A stretch of DNA of 64,000 nucleotides, taken from assembly GCA_963815285.1 (NCBI GenBank), contig CAWFGB010000003.1, positions 52,027-116,026 on the forward strand, given 5' to 3'. Position 1 is the first letter of the stretch. Every line of letters starts with the position of its first letter. Positions 18,198 to 27,923 of the stretch are shown in pieces. Made by a program: the position numbers and the translations under genes. A model generated the notes under the pieces. The model saw only the letters and a program-made list of their open reading frames with translations. It made no database searches and was not told the origin of the DNA. This DNA is from an uncultured Acidobacteriota bacterium (GTDB lineage Bacteria; Acidobacteriota; Vicinamibacteria; Vicinamibacterales; UBA2999).

Positions 18198-18570
18198 GCT
18201 CGTCCCGGCGCCTTCTGCCGCGATCGTGCTCATTCACGGTCGCGGCGGCCTCCCGCCACCTGCCCTCCGCGACCGCGAGCAACAGCGCTGAGCCCAGCGC
18301 CACCCACCGGACCGACCAACGGGCGAACCCGAACAGGCTGCGAGGACGCCGAGCAGAAACGCCGGCTGAACGCCGATCAGGGAGAGTCCGATGCCCATCG
18401 CGAGGCCCAGCTCTCAGCCCGGCTTGGCCCGCTCGGACCGTATCAAGTCGAGACAGCTCGTGTAGCAGTAGGCCTCGCCGTGGCCTGGGCTGCATAGCTT
18501 TACACGCTGAAGTGTCGTCTTCGCTCCGCAACAGCTTCGTCTTCTGCTAAAACGATCACTGCAGCTCGCC

Positions 18571-19710
18571 ATGGCCATCCGGAACAGCCTCGATATTCTG
18601 CAGGCCGTCATTGAGGCGACGCCTGACGCGATCTTCGTCAAAGACCTGGGGGGCCGTTACCTGGTCGTGAACGCCGCATTTGCACGGTTTCTCGGCCGGC
18701 CGGCCGAAGACATCATCGGCAAGAACGATTTCGAGCTCTATCCCGAAGCGACGGCGCGCCAGTTCATCGAAGACGACCACCGGGTTCTCGCCGAAGGCGG
18801 CCCCCGCGCCTTTGAAGGCGTGGCCACGAGCGACACCGGTACACAAGAAGCGTATCTGGTGACCAAGGGTGTGTATCGCGACCCGAACGGTCAGATTCTC
18901 GGCACCTTCGGCATCTCACATGACGTCACCGAGCTCCGGCAGGCGAACGAAGCGCTCGAGCAGACGCGCGAGGCGCTCTTTCGATCGCAGAAACTCGAGC
19001 TCGTGGGCCAGCTGACCGGAGGCCTCGCCCACGACTTCAACAACATCGTCGCGGTGATGCAGGGCAACCTCGAGCTGCTGCGCATTCACTTCGCCCACAA
19101 CCCCCATGCCCGTGACCTGATTGACGCCGTAGTCCGTGCCGCAGCACACGCCAGCGAGCTCACCACCCATCTGCTGACGTTTGCCAGCAAGCGCCAGCTC
19201 ACCCCGCGGCCGGTAGACATCAACGCCTTGATCGAGCGGATGGTGCGGCTGCTGGCACGGACACTACCGACGCGCATTCACCTGACGACCGATCTGCATC
19301 GCGACGCCCACATGGCGATCGCCGATGACGCCGCATTCTCATCGGCCTTTCTCAACATCGTGCTCAACGCGCGCGACGCCATGCCCAAGGGCGGCCGCGT
19401 GCACGTCAGGACGTGGCGTGCCGACGCGATCAGTCCCCCACCTGACCAGCCCACATCGGAAGGCTATGCGGTCGTTGAGGTCGAGGACACGGGAATCGGC
19501 ATGAGCGAGGAGGTGGCGCGGCGGGCGTTCGAACCGTTTTTCACCACCAGGGCCGCTGAGGGCGGGACCGGGCTCGGGCTCAGCATGGTGGATGGGTTTG
19601 CCCGGCAGTGCCACGGTGCGGTATCGATTGCGTCTACCCCCGGCCAGGGCACCAGCGTCCGGATCTACCTCCCGCTGGCCGGGCCGGCTGTCAGCCGGCC
19701 GAGCGAATGA
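18571..19710 (+). CDS. Cytoplasmic PAS-domain sensor histidine kinase
   Basis: PAS segment PDAIFVKDLGGRYLVVNAAFARFLGRPAEDIIGKNDFELYP. H-box GGLAHDFNNIV. HATPase DTGIGM, GTGLGLSMV. No TM segments and no adjacent regulator. Confidence 0.85.
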   Translation: MAIRNSLDILQAVIEATPDAIFVKDLGGRYLVVNAAFARFLGRPAEDIIGKNDFELYPEATARQFIEDDHRVLAEGGPRAFEGVATSDTGTQEAYLVTKGVYRDPNGQILGTFGISHDVTELRQANEALEQTREALFRSQKLELVGQLTGGLAHDFNNIVAVMQGNLELLRIHFAHNPHARDLIDAVVRAAAHASELTTHLLTFASKRQLTPRPVDINALIERMVRLLARTLPTRIHLTTDLHRDAHMAIADDAAFSSAFLNIVLNARDAMPKGGRVHVRTWRADAISPPPDQPTSEGYAVVEVEDTGIGMSEEVARRAFEPFFTTRAAEGGTGLGLSMVDGFARQCHGAVSIASTPGQGTSVRIYLPLAGPAVSRPSE

Positions 19711-19753
19711 GGTATCCTGCCAGCGGGGAGTACTTATCCATCAGGAGACAGCA

Positions 19754-21274
19754 ATGGCGCGTGGAATCGGCTGGAAATTGACCGTTGGCTGCGTCCTGTT
19801 CGCAGCCTCCGTCGTCGCGTTCTCACCCGTCACGCTCAACGCCGAGCCGAACGAACCCAGTACGCGGCTCACGGCCGTGCCGAGCGAGGTTACCTTCACC
19901 AAGCACATCGCGCCGATTCTGCAGCGAAGCTGCCAGAACTGCCATCGCCCTGACGGCGTCGCGCCGATGTCGCTCATCACCTACGAAGAAACCCGCCCGT
20001 GGGCGCGCGCCATCAAGAACCGCACTGGGCTCGGACCACGGGCCGGCGTGATGCCACCGTGGTACATCGAGAAGAACATCGGCATCCAGCATTACAAGGA
20101 CGATGTCTCGCTGAGCGAGGTGGAAGTCGCCACCGTAGCCAAGTGGGCCGATACCGGCGCCAGCCGCGGACGGCCCGAGGACATGCCGCCCGCGTTGGCG
20201 TTCGACTCGACCGGCGGTTGGCGCATCGGCAAGCCCGACCTGGTGGTGTCCACCGATGAACTGCTGGTCAAAAGCGACCAGCCCGACTGGTGGGGCGAGA
20301 TCAAGAGCATTCCGATCGGGCTGACCGAAGATCGATACGTCTCGGCCGTGGAGATTCGTGAGGTCAACGACGTGCCCAACACCGGCACGGGGCGCGCCAC
20401 GGTCGGTGGCCGCTACGTCTTCCACCACATGATCTGGAGCACACGCGTGCTCTCTGAGGTCCCCGAGGACGCCGAACTCACCGCGGCGCTGGTGCTTGGC
20501 AGCAACGACGCGATCACGCCGTGGCCCGTGCACGAAGTCGGTCGCAATCCGGACGTGTTCGACGAGCGCGCCGGCCGGCTGCTCAAGGCCGGATCGTCGG
20601 TCGTCTCCGACTCGGTGCACCTCCACTCGAACGGCCGCGACACCAAGGCGAAGCTCGAAATCGGCTTCAAGTTCCATCCCGTTGGCTACAAGCCGACGTT
20701 CCGCCGTTCGCTTTCGCGACAACTCGGCAACGGATCCGACATCGACATCAAGCCGATGGAAGCCGGCCAGCAGCTCCATGCCTACACCGTGCTGCAGGAC
20801 CACACCAAGCTCACATCCTTCGAACCGCACCTGCACGCGCCCGGCATGCGCATGTGCCTCGAAGCAATCTGGGGCTTCAACATCCAGACGTTGAGCTGCT
20901 CGGGCTACGACCACAACTGGGTGCGCGGCTACGATTACGACGACGACCACGCGCCGCTGCTACCGCGCGGCACCATCTTGCACATCATCGGCTACATGGA
21001 CAACTCGCCGAGCAACAAGAACGTGCCCGACCCGCGCAACTGGCAGGGCTCCGGCAATCGCTCGGTGGCCAATATGTTCATCGACCTCGGCATGGGACTG
21101 ACGTTGACCGAGGAACAGTTCCAGGCCGAGATGGCCAAGCGACGCGAGAAGATGAAGCAGAACCAGCAGGATGTCTTCATCGGCTGCCCGTTGTGCAACG
21201 TGCCGCCGCGTCCGACACCGACGACGACCACCACTACGACCTCCCCGAATCCTCCCGGAGCGCAACAGCATTGA
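19754..21274 (+). CDS. Secreted heme-c (CxxCH) domain fused to a PHM/DBH-like putative copper monooxygenase fold
   Basis: ATG at 19754 after AGGAG. Signal peptide. FTKHIAPILQRSCQNCHRPDGVAPMSL (PSCyt1-like CxxCH). Then VFHHMIW, VHLHSNG, PHLHAPGM, VANMFI with PHM-like spacing. The ORF track starts at 19592. Confidence 0.75.
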   Translation: MARGIGWKLTVGCVLFAASVVAFSPVTLNAEPNEPSTRLTAVPSEVTFTKHIAPILQRSCQNCHRPDGVAPMSLITYEETRPWARAIKNRTGLGPRAGVMPPWYIEKNIGIQHYKDDVSLSEVEVATVAKWADTGASRGRPEDMPPALAFDSTGGWRIGKPDLVVSTDELLVKSDQPDWWGEIKSIPIGLTEDRYVSAVEIREVNDVPNTGTGRATVGGRYVFHHMIWSTRVLSEVPEDAELTAALVLGSNDAITPWPVHEVGRNPDVFDERAGRLLKAGSSVVSDSVHLHSNGRDTKAKLEIGFKFHPVGYKPTFRRSLSRQLGNGSDIDIKPMEAGQQLHAYTVLQDHTKLTSFEPHLHAPGMRMCLEAIWGFNIQTLSCSGYDHNWVRGYDYDDDHAPLLPRGTILHIIGYMDNSPSNKNVPDPRNWQGSGNRSVANMFIDLGMGLTLTEEQFQAEMAKRREKMKQNQQDVFIGCPLCNVPPRPTPTTTTTTTSPNPPGAQQH

Positions 21275-21300
21275 GTTGCTGGGTAAAGGGCCGTTGGTCG

Positions 21301-22275
21301 ATGGCTCGTCGAGTAATTGCCTTCGTAGGGCACTGGCGTATTGCAGCAACGATCATGTGCGCTGTCGTAATGGCGACCAGCGTCCCGGCTGCGCAAACCT
21401 ACTCGAGCGGGCAGAACGCGTCGCCCGGGTTCGAAGGCTGGGAGCGCAACGAAGACGGCACCTTCTCGTTCGTCTTCGGCTACATGAATCGCAACTGGGA
21501 AGAAGAGCTGAACGTGCCGGTCGGGCCTGAAAACGCCATCGAGCCGGGAGGCCCCGATCGTGGTCAGCCGACCCGTTTTCTTCCGCGCCGCAACCGGTTC
21601 GCGTTTCGGGTCAACGTCCCTAAGGATTGGGGCGACAAAGAACTGGTCTGGACGCTGACGACCAAGGGCAAGACCGAAAAGGCTTACGCCACCCTTCGTC
21701 AGGACTACTTCATGGACGACGTGGTGATCGCCTCGGAAACCGGGGCGCTGGGGGCGGGGTCGAGTAGTCCGGAAGTGCGCGCGAACAAGCGGCCCGTGAT
21801 CAAGATCGACGGCGAGAAGCAGCGCACGGTGAAGGTGGGCGAACCGCTCGCACTCGCGGCGTGGGTCAGCGATGATGGTGTGCCCAAGCCGCGCGCCGCC
21901 GCGTCGGCGGCAGCGACAGCACGGGCGCTGGCGCTCCTGGCCAACGCGTCGCCGAACGCGCCACGTAATCCAGCCTACAACCCGCCGTCGCGGCTGACCG
22001 TCAACAAGCGCACCGGGCTGCACATGATGTGGTTTGTGTATCGCGGCGAGGGTCACGCGCGATTCGAGCCGATGCAGATCAAGCCATGGGAGGATACGCG
22101 CACTGGTGCGAATTCGCCCTGGGCGCCGCTGTGGACCGCGCCCCCGGCGCCGAAAGACGGCACGCACACGGCGACTGTGACGTTCGACAGACCGGGCACG
22201 TATGTGCTGCGCGCCCGGGCCGACGACGGGGCGCTGTTGGCAGACGACGAGCTCACCGTCGTCGTAACGCAGTAA
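21301..22275 (+). CDS. Secreted hypothetical protein, partner of the heme-c/PHM-like gene
   Basis: ATG at 21301, 26 nt after the upstream stop. Hydrophobic N-terminus IAATIMCAVVMATSVPAAQ. C-terminal Ig-like GTHTATVTFDRPGTYVLRARADDG. The 5' part of the ORF track's 584-aa frame overlaps the upstream gene and is rejected. Confidence 0.7.
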   Translation: MARRVIAFVGHWRIAATIMCAVVMATSVPAAQTYSSGQNASPGFEGWERNEDGTFSFVFGYMNRNWEEELNVPVGPENAIEPGGPDRGQPTRFLPRRNRFAFRVNVPKDWGDKELVWTLTTKGKTEKAYATLRQDYFMDDVVIASETGALGAGSSSPEVRANKRPVIKIDGEKQRTVKVGEPLALAAWVSDDGVPKPRAAASAAATARALALLANASPNAPRNPAYNPPSRLTVNKRTGLHMMWFVYRGEGHARFEPMQIKPWEDTRTGANSPWAPLWTAPPAPKDGTHTATVTFDRPGTYVLRARADDGALLADDELTVVVTQ

Positions 22276-22400
22276 CAGGCCCCAGGGATCAGGCCCCAGG
22301 CCTCAAGTGTCAGGCCTCAGGTACCGGGCCTCAGGGGCCTCAGGGCTGAAGCCTGAAGACTGGGGCCTGTGGCCTGAGGCCTGGCGCCTGGGGCCTGAGC
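22276..22400. repeat. Composite palindromic short-repeat block (GGCCTCAGG / CCTGAGGCC)
   Basis: The left half has CAGGCCCCAGG x2 and GGCCTCAGG x3-4. The right half has the complements GGGGCCTG, GGCCTGAGGCCTGG, GGGGCCTGAG. It lies between convergent genes. Confidence 0.7.
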
Positions 22401-23437
22401 GAGTGCGGCACGCGGCTGCCGTCGCTTTTGTATTCCGTCGGGCCGCGGTAGAACCCGTTGGTGGTCAGGGTCAGGGTGACCGCGGCGTTGGTGGTGTTCT
22501 TCCAGTACCAGCCATGCATGCCGTCGAACGGCGCGACATATGAGCCGACGCCCTTGTCGGCTTCACCAAGATCGAAGCTGATGGAGTCGGATGATTCCGT
22601 GTTCTGCGGCTCGGTGTGGAAGTCGAACTCCACTGCGGCGGTCGCCTGCCAGGAATAGAGCATCGGCGCGCCCTCGTCCATCCGGTACTGGTACTCCACG
22701 AAGTCTCCGGGCGCGATAGTGAAGCTGACGGCATCTTCCAGGAGTCGATCCTTGTGCGTACGAATCGGTGAGGCCGAATCGTCCGCCAGCCTCACCACCT
22801 GCCCGTCAGCCTCGGCAGCGTATCCGCCGATCTGATATCCCATCAGCACGAACCCGGCCGCCATCAGCAACGCGTTTGCGGCAAACGCCGATGCGTGGAA
22901 ACTCGAATACCTGCGCCAGTAGACGAACCCGGCAAGCATCACGGTCAAGGCGAGCACCTGACCGATCTCGACGCCGACATTGAAGCTCACCATGTTGATG
23001 ACGAGCCCATTCTGCGGCAACTGAAAATCCTGCAGTTTCGTGGCCAGGCCGAAGCCGTGGATGAGGCCGAAGACGGTGACCGCGGCTCTGGCGTTGGGCC
23101 GTACGCCGAAGACCTTCTCGAAGCCGCCCACATTCTCGAAGCCCTTGTAGACCACCGACAGGCCAATCAGCGCATCTACGACATGCGCATTGGCGCGGAT
23201 GTCGCCGAGCACGCCGGCGAGCAGCGTGAGGCTGTGGCCGATGGTGAACAGGCTGACGTAGGAGACCACATCGCGCAGGCGGTACAGAAAAAAAATCACC
23301 CCGGCCAGGAACAGCAGGTGGTCGTAGCCGGTGACCATGTGCTTGGCGCCGAGATAAGCGAAGATGCCGACAGCCGGACCGTCGACGCCGAGCAGCCAGG
23401 CTGCGTCCTTGGCGGATACGCCGTGGGCGATGAGCAT
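22340..23437 (-). CDS. HupE/UreJ_2-like metal permease with an extra C-terminal soluble domain of about 130 aa
   Basis: KHMVTGYDHLLFLAGVIFFL, TIGHSLTLLAG, LIHGFGLATKL, VGVEIGQ are HupE/UreJ-type TM motifs. The C-terminal beta-rich domain is FTIAPGDFVEYQYRMDEG..GWYWKNTTNAAVTLTLT. The last ~20 codons lie in repeat 22276-22400. Confidence 0.75.
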   Translation of the reverse strand: MLIAHGVSAKDAAWLLGVDGPAVGIFAYLGAKHMVTGYDHLLFLAGVIFFLYRLRDVVSYVSLFTIGHSLTLLAGVLGDIRANAHVVDALIGLSVVYKGFENVGGFEKVFGVRPNARAAVTVFGLIHGFGLATKLQDFQLPQNGLVINMVSFNVGVEIGQVLALTVMLAGFVYWRRYSSFHASAFAANALLMAAGFVLMGYQIGGYAAEADGQVVRLADDSASPIRTHKDRLLEDAVSFTIAPGDFVEYQYRMDEGAPMLYSWQATAAVEFDFHTEPQNTESSDSISFDLGEADKGVGSYVAPFDGMHGWYWKNTTNAAVTLTLTTNGFYRGPTEYKSDGSRVPHSLRPQAPGLRPQAPVFRLQP

Positions 23438-23455
23438 GCGGTGATGCCGGCGGGG

Positions 23456-25945
23456 CTAGCGCCCTGCCCTCCTGTCCAGAACAACCCCAGGACGGTGGCC
23501 GTCCGGCGAATCGCCCGTCCACACAGGGCGGCCGTTGACGAAGACGCGATAGATGCCGCGCGCGCGCAATCGCGGCTGCTCGAACGTGGAGCGATCGATC
23601 ACCGTTGCCGGATCGAACAGCACGAGATCCGCCTTCATGCCGGCGCGAATGACTCCGCGATCCTTCAGACCCAGCCGCGCAGCCGGCATCGAGGTCATCT
23701 TTCTGATCGCCTCTGGCAGCGTCAACCAGTTCTGCTCGCGCACGAAGCGGCCGAGCACGCGAGGGAACGTGCCAGCGCCCCGAGGGTGACTCGTCCCGAT
23801 GCCGCCGTCACTGGCGACCATCGTCCACGGCTGGCGGAGAAACGTTCGCATGTCGTCTTCGGCCATGGTATGGCCGATGACACCGACGTCGTCGTCCTGC
23901 ACGAGCCGGATGTACATGTCCACTTCGCTGAGGCCTTCGGCCTTGGCAATCTCGTCGAGGCGCTTGCCGACATGATGCGGGAACCGCGGCAGACGGGTGA
24001 GCTGAATGTTCTTGCCGCCGCCGACATCGTCGAGTGCTTCCTTGACGCTCGTCGGATCGGTCCACTGCTTGTTGGGGACCAGTACCTTGAGGTTCGAGGA
24101 CCACGCCAGATACGGGTAGATGTCGGCGGTTACATCGACGCCGCGTTTGCGGGCGGCATCGATGATGGCGGCGACCTCCGCGGCCTTGCCCCAGACGCCG
24201 ATGGTGCCCAGCTTGATGTGGGTGATCTGCACCGGCAGCCGGGCGCGTTCGCCAACGGTAATGGCCTCACGAACCGCCTCGATAGTACGGTCGGCTTCGT
24301 CACGGATGTGCGAGATGTAGACACCGTCGTGCTTCGCCGCAACGCGGGCGAGCGACACGACCTCCTCGGTGGCGGCATAGCTGCCAACTTCGTACTCGAG
24401 TCCGGATGACAGGCCGAGCGCACCGGCGCGCATCTCACGATCGAGCAGCGTTTCCATAGCCGCGACTTCCGCCGCGGTGGCGGGGCGCCTGAAATCGTCC
24501 CCCATGACCTGCCGACGGATGGTCGCGTGGCCAACCAGCGCGCCGACATTCAGGCTGTTCGGCGCCGCGCGCCGCCTCGCCAGGTAGTCCGCCAGCGGGA
24601 ACGGCGAATTGCCATCCTGGCCAATCAGCAAGGTGGTGATGCCCTGCGACACTTGTGTGATCGCTTCGGGGTCGTTCTCGAGGCCGTCGGTCGAATGGTT
24701 GTGCGCATCGATGAAACCGGGTGCCAGCACCAGACCGGTGGCGTCCACCACGCGATCATCCGGCTGCGGTGTGATCTGCCCCACTTCGGCGATGGCGTCG
24801 CCGACAATGCGCAGGTCGGCCGGCCGCAGCGGAGCACCCGTACCGTCGGCGAGTTGCGCGCCCTGGATCACCCAGGTGGGCGTGGCGCTCAGCTTTGGGA
24901 TCAGGGTAGCCGCGACCTGATCGTTGATCACATCGGTATTGGCCTGTGCCAGATTGGCCAGGACGATCACCGTGACCTCGTCGCCGATATATCGCGCGAT
25001 GCTGGTCTTGAACCCCTGCCAGCTGCCGCCGTGGCGCCGGACCGGCTGACCGGCCACGCGGTCGACCACCCAGCCATACCCGTACGGGTGCTTCCTGCCG
25101 CTGGCCAGCGTTACCGGCGTGAAAATGGCGTCCCAGCTTTCCGGTTTCAGAATCGCCCGCCGAGCGAGACCACGATCCCAGGCGATGAAATCGCGCAGCG
25201 ACAGATACAACGAGCCGTCAGCCGTGGTGTTGAGCGAAGGCGCCACCCAGTCCTGGTTCTGCAACATCCCTCTGAGCAATCTGTAGCCCGCAGCGCGGTC
25301 CGGGACGATATCGGCTTCGCTGATGACACGCGCCGTGGTCATCCCGAGCGGTGCGAAGACACGCTCGCGCAGCACATCGCCGTAGAACTTCCCTGACGCC
25401 TTCCGGACGATCGCCCCGAGCAGGATGTAGCCGGTGTTGCTGTAGCGCCAGTCCGCGCCGGGCTGAAATTCGGGCGAGAGCGTTTGCGCGAACTTCACCA
25501 GTTCGTCCTCGGTGTAGTCGCGCCGGTAGTCGAGCTGGCCGTCGTTGTAATCGGGTATCCCCGACGTGTGCGTGAGCAGATGGTGCACCGTGATCTGCTT
25601 CCACGACGGCGGTCCCTCGGGGAAGAACTTGATGAGTGGGTCCGCGAGCGCGACCGCGCCGTCGTCCACCTGCAGCATGACGGAGGTCGCGGTGAACTGT
25701 TTACCGATCGAGCCCGACTGGAACACGGTCTGGTCGGTGACCGGCACCTTGTGCTCGACGTTGGCCAGCCCGTAGCCCAGCGCCTTGATGATCTCGCCTC
25801 GGCGAATTACCGCCACCGCCAGGCCTGGAATCTGCTGCGTGTCCATCTGCGCGCGGATGATGGCATCGATGGTCTCGGTCTGCCGGCCCGCGAGGCCGTG
25901 GGTCAGCAGGAGGAGGAGACCGACCAAGGTGCCTGCAACTCTCAT
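23456..25945 (-). CDS. Secreted fusion: class C beta-lactamase-family serine hydrolase + N-acyl-D-amino-acid deacylase (amidohydrolase)
   Basis: Signal peptide. SxxK as FQSGSIGKQFTA and YxN as YSNTGY. The C-terminal half has PGFIDAHNHSTDG, ISHIRDE, VQITHIKL, MVASDGG (D-aminoacylase-type metal/catalytic blocks). Confidence 0.85.
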   Translation of the reverse strand: MRVAGTLVGLLLLLTHGLAGRQTETIDAIIRAQMDTQQIPGLAVAVIRRGEIIKALGYGLANVEHKVPVTDQTVFQSGSIGKQFTATSVMLQVDDGAVALADPLIKFFPEGPPSWKQITVHHLLTHTSGIPDYNDGQLDYRRDYTEDELVKFAQTLSPEFQPGADWRYSNTGYILLGAIVRKASGKFYGDVLRERVFAPLGMTTARVISEADIVPDRAAGYRLLRGMLQNQDWVAPSLNTTADGSLYLSLRDFIAWDRGLARRAILKPESWDAIFTPVTLASGRKHPYGYGWVVDRVAGQPVRRHGGSWQGFKTSIARYIGDEVTVIVLANLAQANTDVINDQVAATLIPKLSATPTWVIQGAQLADGTGAPLRPADLRIVGDAIAEVGQITPQPDDRVVDATGLVLAPGFIDAHNHSTDGLENDPEAITQVSQGITTLLIGQDGNSPFPLADYLARRRAAPNSLNVGALVGHATIRRQVMGDDFRRPATAAEVAAMETLLDREMRAGALGLSSGLEYEVGSYAATEEVVSLARVAAKHDGVYISHIRDEADRTIEAVREAITVGERARLPVQITHIKLGTIGVWGKAAEVAAIIDAARKRGVDVTADIYPYLAWSSNLKVLVPNKQWTDPTSVKEALDDVGGGKNIQLTRLPRFPHHVGKRLDEIAKAEGLSEVDMYIRLVQDDDVGVIGHTMAEDDMRTFLRQPWTMVASDGGIGTSHPRGAGTFPRVLGRFVREQNWLTLPEAIRKMTSMPAARLGLKDRGVIRAGMKADLVLFDPATVIDRSTFEQPRLRARGIYRVFVNGRPVWTGDSPDGHRPGVVLDRRAGR

Positions 25946-25999
25946 CGGGCATCAAGCATAGGTTTCCGGAGCGCGCGTGACAAGGCCGTCCCGAAACCG

Positions 26000-27808
<1,809 letters not shown>

Positions 27809-27820
27809 TCCATCTCATAG

Positions 27821-27920
27821 TCCGATCCACAGAAGGCGCAGAACTCACAGAACTCGACGATCCACAGAAGGCGGGCAGCACTCACAGAACCCGACGATCC
27901 ACAGAACTCGCAGAATTCAC
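27821..27920. repeat. About 2.5 copies of a 37-bp direct tandem repeat in the divergent ABC-F promoter region
   Basis: CTCACAGAAC at 27844 and 27881. CGACGATCCACAGAA at 27855 and 27892. GATCCACAGAAGGCG at 27824 and 27859. Confidence 0.75.
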
Positions 27921-27923
27921 AGC

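Noticed and set aside
18198-18570. A 373-nt gap with a minus-strand mini-ORF MGIGLSLIGVQPAFLLGVLAACSGS.. (lipoprotein-like), and a second TM-like segment (WVALGSALLLAVAEG) in another frame.
   Set aside because: - The two hydrophobic segments are in different frames.
- No Shine-Dalgarno sequence or conserved motif is recognisable.
- It could be a decayed small membrane-protein gene, but the evidence is too thin to annotate.
27821-27920. Tandem repeats here and at 52193-52286 and 22276-22400, considered as a possible CRISPR array.
   Set aside because: - The periods are 10-37 nt, with no unique spacers of about 30 nt between conserved repeats.
- There are only 2-6 copies.
- No cas genes are present anywhere in the window.
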